Assembly: GCA_951406725.2 (NCBI GenBank)
Contig: OX597817.1
Location: 102,796,001 to 102,860,000 of the forward strand
Length of the DNA: 64,000 nucleotides
Source of the DNA: Octopus vulgaris
Lineage: Eukaryota
Reading direction: 5' to 3'
Each line of letters begins with the position of its first letter. The first letter of the stretch is position 1. The notes under the pieces were generated by a model that saw only the letters and a program-made list of their open reading frames with translations, did not search any database and was not told the origin of the DNA. The translations under genes and the position numbers were made by a program. Positions 1 through 12,488 of this stretch are shown here, piece after piece.

Positions 1-254
1 CCACAAGTTCTGTGAACGATGCAAGAAGTGGCCATCCAAACACATCCCAATCAGCGGAGAATGTGGCAACAGTACAGATGTTTAATTGCAGCCCTCAAAA
101 ATCAACACATCAAGCAGTTTGTAAAAGTGGACTAACAAGACACACAATATGTACGGTGTTGCATAGAGAATTGAATTTCTATCCATGGAAACCCCATTAG
201 ATGCAGGAGCTAAAACGTGAAGACTGTGACCACAGAATGGAACATGGAGAGTTA
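1..254 (+). mobile_element. Tc1/mariner-type transposase relic, N-terminal HTH part
   Basis: DARSGHPNTSQSAENV...SPQKSTH...TVLHRELNFYPWKPH resembles the RSGRP..ENI..SP..S.R..L..PYK pattern; stop codon follows. Confidence 0.65.
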
Positions 255-349
255 ATGCTAGGTTGTGTTTTTTACATGCTAGGTTGTGCTTTTTACATAG
301 CACCAGCAAAGGCAAGGTCAGTTTTGGCATGATTTTTACAGCTAGATAC

Positions 350-600
350 CCTTCCAAATGCCAACCACTTTACATGACTCTCCTTGTCATCTCAGGTGGA
401 ATTGTGTCAATTTCCTCTCTGATCCTTTCCTTCAAATCCTCAAGAGTTCAAGGACAACGTCAGAAAACCTTTCCATTTAAGTATCCCCAAAGGAAAAAGT
501 CACAAGGACTTAAATCCAGTGACCTTGCCGGTCACCCCATGTCTCCCCGTAAATAGATCAAACACCCAAGAAATATTTTCCCCCAACACTCCAAGTGAAT
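350..600 (-). mobile_element. Tc1/mariner-type transposase relic, C-terminal catalytic part
   Basis: Minus strand reads LRGDMG*PARSLDLSPCDFFLWGYLNGKVF*RCP*TLEDLKERIREEIDTIPPEM, matching the WPARSPDL.P.DFFLWGYLK motif. Confidence 0.8.
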
Positions 601-1021
601 GTCATGGAGTGTATATATGCATATGTATAATATGTATATGAATGACAGGCTTCTTTCCATTTCTGTCTACCATATCCAAACTTAGAAGGATTTGGTGACC
701 ATAAAAATATGCTGTATAGCATTGTAAAATAAAATGAAATAAATTTTGAGGAGGTACCAGTCTCTATATTCTCTATCATTATAATACAACCATCTAGTGA
801 AGCAAACAGAATTGTCTGTCAGAGGAATTTACAGCATGAATGATAAGTCCTAGTAGTCATTGATGTTAAAGATTAATTGATGCAGTTAGCCTTAACCTGG
901 AGCATAACTGAGAGCTACCACAGTATCCACCCAGTTAATATATCCCTCTAAACTCACTTATGTATATATGTACTGGCGGTACTCCAACATTGCCTCAGCC
1001 TTAGGCTTGAAACATGTAAAA

Positions 1022-1061
<40 letters not shown>

Positions 1062-2127
1062 CCATTTGTAGAAACCATGTCAAATCAAACGGAAACTTGA
1101 CGCAGCTCTCTGGCTCATCAGCTCTAGTCAAACCATCAAACCTATGCCAGCATGGAGAGTGGGAGTTAAATGATAATGATGATGATGCTCATTGAGCAGT
1201 ATATTGCTAGTTATAGCATGTACGTAATCAGAATGGTATTATTGTTGGTTTCATGCTAACTGCTGCACTTAGGTAAAAGACTCTTTTATACTAGAGATAT
1301 GTATGTGTCTTGGTGTTGGTGAAAAGAAATGGAATGAAGTATAGTAAAAAATTTTACATTTTTCTGAGGAAAAGAATAGTTATTTCCCATGGGTTGGTTG
1401 AAGCCATGGGTGAAGCACATAAACTGTGTGTATATGTGTATGTATGCATTCATGTCCCTTGTCCCAGGATGAACCTGGCAACATTTTGAAAACAAATTTT
1501 CACTCATGAGGGCAGCATCTAAAAATTTGAGAAAAGTACCCGGATTATGTGAATTTTTAAGAATGACTCTCCACCAAACAGAATCTGCATCATCTACTTC
1601 CATTCAGATATGTTCCACAACCAACAGTAGCATTCTGACTAGTTATATGCCATAACTAGTAATACACTTCTCAATGACATGTAACAAAAAATAACCACTC
1701 CATAACTCATATTGTGGGTTTCTTTCTTATTTATGGACAACAAACTGATAATTTGCAGGCTCCCTGTGTCACAGAGCATGTTACAATAGGTCACCACATA
1801 GTTTTGTTTTATAGTAGCTTCTCTGGCTATGAAGTTATCATAGTCACAAAAAGACTTGCATTACATTCCCTTTGCAGATATAAAAATATACAACCTTGGA
1901 TACTCAACCATGTACATACCCACACCAACAAACTCTACACAAGGATGCTTCTAGAGAAAACCATCACACCAAGCAGCAGCAGCATCCTGTGAATTTTAAG
2001 TTCTAGTAAATATTCTGTTGGACAGTACACTTAATTCTACATAGTTAAGAATTTCTATTTTACAAGATTTGAATAATTTCTAATGAATCTTTCTGGCTAT
2101 TTCTACAAGTACAGTGTGAAAATTGTG

Positions 2128-2169
2128 CTTTGCTGATGAGATCAGAATAATATTGAAACATCTCCAGAG
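2128..2169 (+). ncRNA. Degenerate type I hammerhead ribozyme motif
   Basis: CTTTG-CTGATGA-GATCagaataatATT-GAAACA-TCTC-CAGAG. Stem I (CTTTG/CAGAG) pairs; stems II and III are mutated. Confidence 0.45.
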
Positions 2170-2586
2170 TTGAGTAAATTCTTGCTTGATAAATACAAAT
2201 AATTTTAGTCACTGATATTATGTTTTGCCTCACTAAAAATATATTTCTAGTTAGATTTTTAACAGTCCCTGCATTAGATATAACTCTGACGTTTCAGAAT
2301 ACATCTAAATGTTGATAAAAGGCACCACATCATTTAAAAATTTTACTGCTTATGTGCTAGCATCATCTTAAGTCACACGTATACACAGCAATGACACCAA
2401 CAGTTCAGAGGGTATTTCTTTCTTCTGAGTTAACCCTGATCAAGAAAGCATATGATCAAATCCTTTCTGTCTCTGTCTTTTTGTATATTAGGACAATGTT
2501 CAAAGTATTTCTGTTAGAAATACTAGGCAAATATTTGATACCACATTTTTTTCCCTAATAAACAAAATTCTTTATTCCTAATTTAT

Positions 2587-2808
2587 CCCTTTTGTTACCA
2601 TATTTCTGTTGAAGTACACTGCCTTTGTTTTGATTAATTTTGAAAAAAACAAAGAATATAGTAAAATAACTGTCATTAATATGCAAGTGTCTGGAACACA
2701 AATTAACACGAAATTTTGATAAAATTAACATGAAATTTAGATCTCTTTAAATCAAGAAATTTGTATCAGAGAGCCAAGGACAACTCAGACAGGTTGGTAT
2801 CAAAAGGG
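2587..2808. mobile_element. Old piggyBac-type MITE
   Basis: CCCTTTTGTTACCA...TGGTATCAAAAGGG termini with decayed TTAA flanks; 222 bp; related to the copies at 30462 and 49286. Confidence 0.65.
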
Positions 2809-3440
2809 CTAAGCAAAAGTTCTCTTAAAAGCTGTGGCCTTTGATGAATTCTTAATATTGTTATTATCAAAGAGTTCATTGTTAGTCACTGGTAATTTAT
2901 CAAATGAAACTTCTGGATTATAACTGATTGTTTAAATCACTTCAATGATAGAATTTGCAGAGTTCGTTTTTCTATAAAGTCCTATGTTGTAGCAATTAAA
3001 TGATTTTGTGCATAAACATTATAAACTAATGGTAATGATAGCTGCAACACATAAGTAAACTTAGAGAATACGAGTTAGTGGTGGTTTAGGCATACAAAAA
3101 TAAACAAGAGATGTGACAAAGAAAAGAATGAACCAATAAAGAAAACAAGCAAAGAATACTAGTTCAATTTATAACAGCAGGATAAAAGATAAGACAACAG
3201 AAAGCAAAATTGATTAAGCATTAACTTTATACAAAATCATGATGCTAACTCTAGGGTTGACAATGGAGACGATATTGATGTACTGGAATGTACTGCACAT
3301 GTGTATATGGGGCAGAAAGAATTAGAGAGATACTCATTTCAAAATTCAGTTTATATCCTAAAGAAACCTTTTTGTTTAATATATTACTATATAAAACTTG
3401 GTTAAATTATTCATGATACATAGCAATTGTTTTTCATGTC

Positions 3441-3496
3441 TTTATTTTGCAGATGCATTTGATACATTCCTAGAAATTCTAAACACTTTTTTTATT
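3441..3496 (-). terminator. Candidate polyadenylation signals (two AATAAA) of the RIB43A-like gene
   Basis: Plus-strand tttatt at 3491-3496 and 3441-3446, shortly after the stop codon. The context is AT-rich, so chance matches are possible. Confidence 0.4.
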
Positions 3497-3540
3497 GTTT
3501 ATAAAGTGCCCAAAATATCTAAAATAAATATATTAACATT

Positions 3541-3795
<255 letters not shown>

Positions 3796-4014
3796 TCAAA
3801 ATATTGAAAACATAAGGGTTGAAAATTATTTTCATTCAAAAATATTCTTACAAATAAGTACAACAAACAGGTGAAGGCTGATCTAAGGACCTCACGGAAG
3901 ACATGATGGAGGACCAGGATGATTGGCAATATGCAGTCCTCAAAAAGCCCCACCCACCTTGGTGCAACTGAGATCCTGATACATCACTGCCACTGATCGC
4001 AACCCAACCCAACC

Positions 4015-5082
4015 TGTAGCGTAGCTGATATCTTCAATGTTTGAGAGATATATTAGAAATGATCTAGTGTTAGATAACAACCATCTTCGGCTATTTTAAC
4101 CCTGTTGTGTCCGCTGCTCTGATTGGCTGACATTGGCACAGTTTGTCTTTTGACTTATTTTGCACCAGTGTATATGCCAGCCAATCACAGATTTCGGATA
4201 AGGTCCCGTGACACTGTTTTTTTTATGCCTTGTTTGAGCCTACCCCAGGCTTTATAAGGTGCCAGCATTCACTATTCCAGGTCTTAGGTTCCAGTCCTTC
4301 TCAGGGCTAACCTCTGACTACAGAGCGACTCAACCATGTTCCAGCAACACCAGTCTTAGGTTCTAGTCCTTTTCAGGACTAACCTCTGACCACAGAGTGA
4401 CTCAGCCAATTCCAGTTCCAGCATCAGAAGACGCTAAAATACACCAGCAATGTAGGACGTCCCCACCACTGCCGCCATCGTCTCAACTGTCGCCATCCCC
4501 ACCATCGACTTCAAATACGGACATAGCACTCACTCAGGTTTAAACTCCACGCTGTTGTGAATATTCACCGAAATAAACAGCACAGTCAACCTGAGAGATT
4601 CTTGTATCAAGAGACCTGGCACAGCATTGAAGCCCTACGACATGCTACACGACATGTGTTCAACCGGCATTCTGCCTTGTGATCCCAACATCCTGTTACA
4701 GAACTATTACTATTGTGTACCTTATTACAAACTGGTAAATTAATTCCATCTTGTCTAAAATACCCTGAGAGACTCATTCTATGCTTTGTAATTTGTTTTG
4801 CCCGCATACACCTTGTATTGTATTTCTGTCGCACACACAAACACTTGTCACATGTACACAGACACTTCACTTTGCTAGCACCCATACTTTATCTTATTGT
4901 ACACATCTGTAAATAAAGTCTTCTTCTCTCTCAAACAGTAGAATGGTTTTGTCGTCCTCATCATTCCTTTTGACACTTATTTTTTTATACCATGTATTTG
5001 GCTTCTTTTGTTAGGGCGACCATGCAGTGTTAAAAGGAGACATTTGTCACCAACTCCTTATGTACGGTCATTATTCCCTACA
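4015..5082 (+). mobile_element. Candidate solo LTR
   Basis: TGTAG...CTACA inverted termini, TATA-like tttataag near 4250, AATAAA near 4912, internal ~70-bp tandem duplication at about 4275-4425. No clean target-site duplication. Confidence 0.45.
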
Positions 5083-5722
5083 ATCGCTCAATTTCTTCCC
5101 ACTACCCATCATCTCTCTACACTATTCTGCTACTGTAATTAAATGTGAGCAAAACTGCATGCTTCAGTTTTTCCCTGGTACCACTTATCCTTATTGTCAG
5201 TAAACATTTCCTTTGTTGACATCTTTCATTCTTACTACTGTCTTCTTCACCCCTATTTTACATTGATCGGCCTCCTGAACCCTCAAAATAAACCACCTCC
5301 ACCACTATGTTTCTCCTTCTCCCCATTAACTATGCTTGTCCCACACTCTTAAAACCTACCTAATCACATATCATCACTCCTTCTCTCTCTCTCTCTTATT
5401 CTTTCTCCTTCCTTGTATACTGTATTATTATTATGGCAATAAACACAGAAAGCAATGAATTAATGAAGTACATAATAACATACACAAACATTATACCAAA
5501 AGATTTTGTCGCACCCACACAAATCATTCAAACAACACAAAACACATACACACACTTAAAAACCCAATTTCCACAGGAAATCAGAGATTTTCTAGGGAAT
5601 ATCTCTAAGAGAATTCCTGGTGATTTACTGTTGGAAACCCCCCAAGCTAACAAGAGGGATGAGCAATCTGCCTCTCCAAACAAAACCAAGTAAGTTTTCC
5701 TTTTCTTTCTTTTTCTGACAAC

Positions 5723-7689
5723 ATGGTCAGGTACAGAATAGACAGCATGAATATATGTGGCCTGGGGTCACCTGCTCAATAACAGGGCATGGTGGCCATT
5801 AGTGAAACCAGAATTTCCAACTCATGGAACTTCCAACCCATTTTTGGTGACTATGAGGTGTATGCATCTCCAAGTCATCTGGGAGTGGGAGGTGGAGTTG
5901 CCATGATGGTTTGGAAAAATCTGGATCTTGCAATAAGGAGAATCTTCCTGGATGTCCTTCACTGCCTGTCATGTTCAACAGGATCACCATTCAACATCAT
6001 GCACTCAGTCTGGCATGGTTGCCCCCTTTCATCTTGTATGTACTGATTCTCAAGCCTCTACTTCACAAACTGGAGTGTTGAGAGGCATCATGTGTGACCT
6101 AGGATGTAGGAGATGCATGTCAGCATATGCCAATGACGTCACCATAGTGTTGTCGAATCATAAATACATAGAAATGATCAGCACCACTCTCAGGGACTAC
6201 AAGGCAGTTTCAGGAGTGACAATTAACCAGGAAAAATCAGTGGGATTGTGGCTCAGCACCTGGAGAAGCAAGTCCATGCCATCCAACTGAGTTATTGGTA
6301 GCTGGACAAATGGACTGGTTAAATTGCTCAGGCCACACCTCCAGATGGACAAAAACCGGGACGAGATAATGAGCAGAGTGACTACTCTCACCCAGAAATG
6401 GGTTGAGAGAAAGCTATCCCTGAAATGTCAGGCAGAGGTAGCTAACATGTATAACACATCTGTCATCTACTATCACCTGACTGTCATGCTTTGGCCTGGA
6501 CACCATCTGATTATGCTGGAGCATATACTCTTCCACTTCTTGTGGGACACATCCCAGTGGTCAGGTAGTCTATCCGCTGTCAACGTGGTTGCCAGGCCAT
6601 ACTGTGATTGATGATGTGCAGACTTGCACTGAGGCTATGACATCTCCAGTGCTTCCTTGATGGTGAACACATGTGATTACCGTTTGCCAGACATATTTCT
6701 GCAGCTGGTTTCTTTAATGGAACTGCAGTCCTGAGAAAAACAGAAACCGAGGGGAAGCATTTGGAAAGTGGAATGTCTTCAAGCACTCACAGGCCCCAGT
6801 CAATTGGACACTGTGATAGGTAGAACGTCTACTTTAGCTTTTTATAGAGGATTAGTGGAGAAAAAGTGTGACGATGTTCTTGACGAGACATTAGGTGTCG
6901 AAGATCAACTAGCTGCTCTTTTCCGGAGAATTTTCAGCCCGGGACTGATGGATAATTTCCAAAATTCTCTGGTCTGACAGTGCTACTGGGGAGCTAGCTT
7001 TGCCTGTTCAACATAAACTTTACAAGCACAGAAGTGTCATCAGCTGAGCATGTCCAAGATGCATGCAGGACAACAAGACAGTCCTGCATGCACTCATCCA
7101 GATGTCAAACACCTACTGTCAAATGAATCCATCATGAAGATTGACACCCCCCACACACACACACACACACCTTCCTTTAACCAAAAAGGAAAGGCTGCCT
7201 GGTGGCCATGGCGAAAGAGGTTGTATGGTGGCCAAGATTGTAGGGGCTGAAGACAAACACTTTTCTCTTTAGTCAATCCCTGATCAACTTCTTCAAGTTT
7301 CACTTGAAAAGGAAAATAAAAATAGAGAGGGAAGCATTGTCTTCTAGCCAATTTGCTGAAAGGTGGCTGAAAGTCGTGACAATTGTTTGGATGAATGGGC
7401 CTGCTCTGAGCATATGCCTTTAGTTGAAAAAAAAAAAGAAAAGGAAAAGAAAAAAGACACCTGCCCCAAAAGTCAGGGCACCCATAGTTTTTTATGGGGT
7501 TTTCCTCATGAGTAGCCCTTAAACATTTCCTCCCTACTGAGGATCACACAGTGATTTTTTAAAAATTTTGTTTGTCTTGTTTACATGCAAAACCTTCACA
7601 ACAACATAGTCTCACACACATTCTTTGTTTTGTTCTGTACTGTCCATAATATTTTTCTTAATGTAAATCCTTGTGTTAATAAAGAAATC
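5723..7689 (+). mobile_element. Decayed, internally deleted L1/Tx1-type LINE
   Basis: AP-endonuclease (SMNICGL, VAISET, GGVAMM) joined directly to RT motifs (SVWHGCPLS, AYANDV, SGVTINQEKS), then WVERKLSL and a CPRC zinc knuckle; 3' AATAAA. Many stops and frameshifts. Confidence 0.8.
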
Positions 7690-7701
7690 ATTATTATTAT
7701 T

Positions 7702-7985
7702 CAATAGCCTTATTTTTGTCATGTGCTTTCACTGCACTACCAAGCACAGCTGTGTTCCTTGGGTATGTGCTGTGGTTAGTTGTGATGCTCTTATTTTTAC
7801 TGTATTGAAAGTATTTTACATAGGATGTGTGTGGTGCCTAGTAATGCTATTTTCTGTATGTTATATATACTTGTTATTGCTGGTGTTTTTATTATGTATT
7901 TGTCTGAATGTTTTTTTATCATGCCTAATGCACCTACTATGATAGGAATGGTTTCTGTTTTTAGACTACATATACAAGTTACATC
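7702..7985 (-). mobile_element. 3' end of an R4/Dong-type (RLE) LINE
   Basis: IPIIVGALGMI...IQKIALLGTTHILCKIL* is a typical RLE C-terminus; a 3' UTR follows, then (TAA)n. Confidence 0.75.
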
Positions 7986-7990
7986 TATTT

Positions 7991-7995
<5 letters not shown>

Positions 7996-8031
<36 letters not shown>

Positions 8032-8124
8032 TGCTGCTGCTGCTGCTGCTGCTGCGTCGTCGTCATTATTATTATTATTATTATCATTATTATTACTATT
8101 ATTATTATTATTATTATTACTACT
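7996..8124. repeat. Compound microsatellite (CT)n-(GCT)n-(CGT)n-(ATT)n
   Basis: Directly visible; explains the poly-Q/poly-I/poly-C ORFs. Confidence 0.95.
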
Positions 8125-8687
8125 AGGGCGTTGCCTGTCAATACACTACCGGTAAAAATATTTGTTACACCTTCATAAATTGTTCAAAGTAAAAGTCTTT
8201 TCTTTAAAGTTTTTGTTTCATTATCTATATGTTGAAAGATACAAACACAAACACACACAAGCAACCAAAATAAAAAACCATATATATCATATATTTATAT
8301 GTACAGTCTTTTTTTTTTTTTGAAGTGTAATGCAGTGTTGACAGACTTGCACATAAAATTCACGCATTTTTAATCAAAATTTGTCGGTTACTATGGTGAC
8401 AACACTACCTCTCCTACCTACCTACCTGACTGCCTATATAGCTATCTCTCTATCTACCTATCTATCTGTCTATATATCTATTTTTCACACACACACACAC
8501 ACACACTCACTGTATTTCTCTCTCAACACCAAGGTCAACTTTGCTTTTCATCCTTTCAGGGCCAATAAATTAAGTACCAGTCAAGTACTGGGGTTGATGT
8601 AACCAACTTACCCCTTCCCGGCATATTTCAGGCCCTATGCCTATAGTAGAAAATATTATTATTATTATTATTATCATTATTATTATT

Positions 8688-11600
8688 GATTTGGCTCAAA
8701 TTTGTTCTTAAACCTGGTAGAATTTATGTGGGTAGTGGGTTACTACCTGTTAGCTTAGGTTTCCACAATTTTTCAATAGTCTTTCAAATGCTTAAGACCC
8801 TCCTGACAGTCTTTCTTGTCCTTAATAGGCAAACTTTTTGTAGAAGCTCTACAGAACATTCTTTTCCAATCTCCTTCAACCATTTGTCTATATCTTTACT
8901 TACTGTTCCCAATGCATCAATTATTATAGGCACAACCTTAATAATTTTCATATTCCAAATTCTTGCAATTTCTAATTTTAAGGGATTGTATTTTTTTTTT
9001 TGGGGGTTTCATCTTTCTTTACAATCCTGATATCAAACGGACATGATGGATCAATTAGTAGGCAACTTCACTTTTCCTTGTCTGTTACTGATCTGGATGA
9101 TCTATTATTTTCTAGCTTTTTGTCCATTTGAATAGGAGAGTCCCACAAAATCTTACAATTTTCCAACTCCAGCACTCTTTTGACCCGGCATTCATATCAT
9201 GTGCCCCCAGCTTCAAATCCCCGTTTCTGGCAAAACTTCTAGTGCAAAACTTTCACAACTTGGTATGCCTCCATTCCTTATATTCTTCCTGCACCAACTT
9301 GGGACTCGTTCTAAGTTCTACAGATTCTACATTTTTCCGATACATTCTCCCCACATACATTTTGCCTCAAGTTGCTTATTTTTATCGTTTGATCCTGAGC
9401 TACTATAATTAGGCTCTCTGTTTCTTCTTTTAACCAAACCCAGGATTATGTTCCACATACATCTTCAGTGGCTCTCCAAAATTGACCATGCAATGGTTTC
9501 TCTTCAATCTGCCCAATGTGCTCTCTTAGAATTTCATTTTTGTCCCTTTCTCCTATTCCACACTTAATCACCTTATTCACTGTCTTTAGTAGTTTCTCTG
9601 TGCTTTTCTGTGAATATTCTAGTAGGTTTTTTTCTTTCCATCTGTACACACTCTTCTATGGCCTCTTCCATCCTGGTCTCTCTTCAGGTACAGCCTGTAG
9701 ATATCAACTTTCGGATGATAGGCTCCATACATTGTCAATAGCTTTCTAGTTTTTCTGTCAAGTTTCTGTATGTCATTTTTGGTCTCATCTACAATTCCAG
9801 CTCCATATCTAATTAGGGGTACTGCTCTTGCATTTATTGCTTCAATAACAGTTTTTGCAATCAACTTTGATAGTATTCCCACTCTCCTTGTATACTCTCT
9901 ACTGGTAATTTGTTTTATCTCTTCATGTCTTATTTCATCGGCCTCCAGTATCCCCAAATATTTATACCACCATTCTTCCTCAATCACTTCAATTGTTTGC
10001 CCATTTGGTATTTCAATTCCCTGGCTTCCTTCAAATCTTCCTCATTTCATTTTCAGTATAGTGCACTTTTCCATCCCAAGTTCCATACCTACATCATTTG
10101 AGAAAATGCAAACAGTATGTATAAGACTTTCAAGCAGTTTCTCATTTTCCTCATAAATTTTTATATCATCCATAAAAAAGAGATGATTTATCTGACCATA
10201 TCCTTTCCCAAATCATAAGCTATTTTAACGGTTTTAAATATCTAACAGAGTGGTATTATAGCCAATAAAAATAGTAGTGGAGATAAGCTGTTACCTTGAT
10301 GTTACTTTTCCAAGTCTTTGTTTACCTCCAATCAATTCAGTATTCCAATGTTTCATACTTTCATTAGCTATTTTCTCCATATTTTCTGCCACTCCAAACA
10401 TGCTCATTGTTTTACTTACTCAACTGTGCAGTACCACATCATATGCTTTTTTTTGTAATCTAATCATGCAACTTGATAAAAATAATCAATCTGCATCTAC
10501 AATTTCTAATTATCATTTTATCAATTAATGAAAAGAAAGGCATAAGAGGGGTGATGCATACCCTTGCAGCCAGTTGAATTTTTTCACAAATTATAGTGTG
10601 GCTTATAATGTGTTGCTTACCCATGATTTTTAATTGAACTGAATTAAGTTTTGTAAGTGTTTGGCTAAACTTGATTATCGGGAAATTTGTAAGTTTGATT
10701 TTCTTTTTTAATTGTCACCATTATACTCCAGTGAAACTAAGAAATCAACTCATAAATAAATGAAACCCTTGAATCCATCATAGTACACACACACAGATAT
10801 ACAGTCGCATATCTGTGCGTATTTATGTATGTATGTATGTACCCACATGTGTCTACATGCACAGGTACACCATGATCTACGCACACACAGACAAGGATCA
10901 TATTCATATGAAAAAGAAAGTGAACAAAATGAAATATTTATAGTAAACATTGCATGGAATTTGAGAAGTATTTTGAACGTCTTTCAATGATGGCAGGTGA
11001 ATCTAATGTACTTTGTAGTTCGTAAGATATAAATAATATGACCACTTGCTTATCAGGAAATTTGTAAGTTTGATTTAAAAAAATTTTTTTTTGAGTATCA
11101 CCATTATAAGTACTTATACTCAAACAAACCCCTTGAATCTATCACTGTACACACACACACATGTACACGCAGAGTCGTATATCTATGTATGTATTTATGT
11201 ATGTTTGAAGATAGATAACTGAACCAAATTTTCATCATTTCGAGCCACCCATCCAATGAGTATTTCTGCCAAATTTGGTGAAAATCCATTCAGCCATTTT
11301 CCAGTGATTTCGCAAACATACAAACAAACAGACAAAGATGAGTGATTACAATACCCTGCTTTCGCTTACGCACACAGAGTAACAAGTGATCTTTTGTTGC
11401 TCTACTTCGCTTCCTGCATCTTTTCTGCTCTTCTAGAAGTAGTTTGTTACTTTCTAGATGATTATATAGCTTTTCTGTCAAGACCCCAGTCATAGGCTTC
11501 CACATAATTGGTAAACAGGTTATAGGTTGAAAATTTGATGCCAAGTTCCCTTTCAATGGATCCTTGAGACATAATGTTCATCCACTCGTCACCCAGGTAG

Positions 11601-11928
11601 GAATGTGACAATGCTGCAGGCATTCACCCAGTTGTGCAGTGATCCTTTCATGCAACTGTGTAAAGTTCTTCAGCCAGTAGCTTTGTACTCCATCTGGGTC
11701 AGATTCTTTCCAATTTGCTCTTCTGTTTTAACTTCAGTCTCACTGTATATAGATTGATTCTGACATCCTTTTGTTTTGTCACAGTTGCAAGTTGTCTTTC
11801 CACAAGTGTTAGCTACTCTGCACTTTCTTTATGTCTCACTGGCCTGATCCACAGTTCTTCCCAAAATATTTGACTTTCTTCTGCATCAGGAATCATTTCC
11901 TGATGTTGGTCTCCCTTCTATTTCCTCA
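8688..11928 (-). mobile_element. Decayed R4/Dong-type LINE, interrupted at about 10475-11383
   Basis: [103 protein letters not shown]; the 3' end abuts (TAA)n. Confidence 0.88.
10475..11383 (+). mobile_element. Non-coding insertion, possibly Helentron-associated (HINE/DINE-1-like)
   Basis: Two ~170-bp direct repeats (about 10676 and 11051), a ccaaatttggtgaaaatccattcagcc core, an ACAA/ACAG microsatellite and a terminal imperfect hairpin taccctg...cagagta. Confidence 0.4.
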
Positions 11929-11944
11929 GTTTATTATTATTATT

Positions 11945-12488
11945 GAGTGAGAGAGCAGTGCATGCCATTAAAGTGACACTGGGGTAAAATATACGAAGCC
12001 CAGTATAACCATCATGACAAGGGTACACTAGGCACATGCATCACAACCACATGTGTGTGACATGGTGATCACATATCAAGATAAACAGCACATGACCTTG
12101 CAGGTGGGGCCCAGTTAGAATTTTCTTCTGGTCGAGTAACCCATCCCGCTCAAAAGGTCCCTAAATAAGGGTTGTTTAAGGATGTTGAACGAAACACCTG
12201 TGTTTCCAGAGGTGAATTATTCAAACCCCAAAGAATCCCTCTCAACACATGGCTATGATGCTCCCCCACTATTTCTGCTCGTGATTAGAGATGCACATAT
12301 CGTCAGCCACTAAGGGACATGCTCAACTGGTTTAAGGTAAAAAAACTGACAAGCAAATCTGTGGTATTGAGCAGAATATTTGCTGTAGCCCATCTTTTAT
12401 ACCAAGACAAAACAATGTACATGATAACACTTCCAATCAGTTAAGATTTAGAAGCCATGAGAGCCACTGGCTGGTACTGCATCAGGTC
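11945..12488. mobile_element. About 545-bp non-coding interspersed element flanked on both sides by (TAT)n
   Basis: Higher-GC block with no ORF, sharply bounded by TAT repeats. Confidence 0.55.

Noticed and set aside
2284-2340. GAAACGTCAGAG on the minus strand
   Set aside because: Only a 3' half; no upstream core or stem II.
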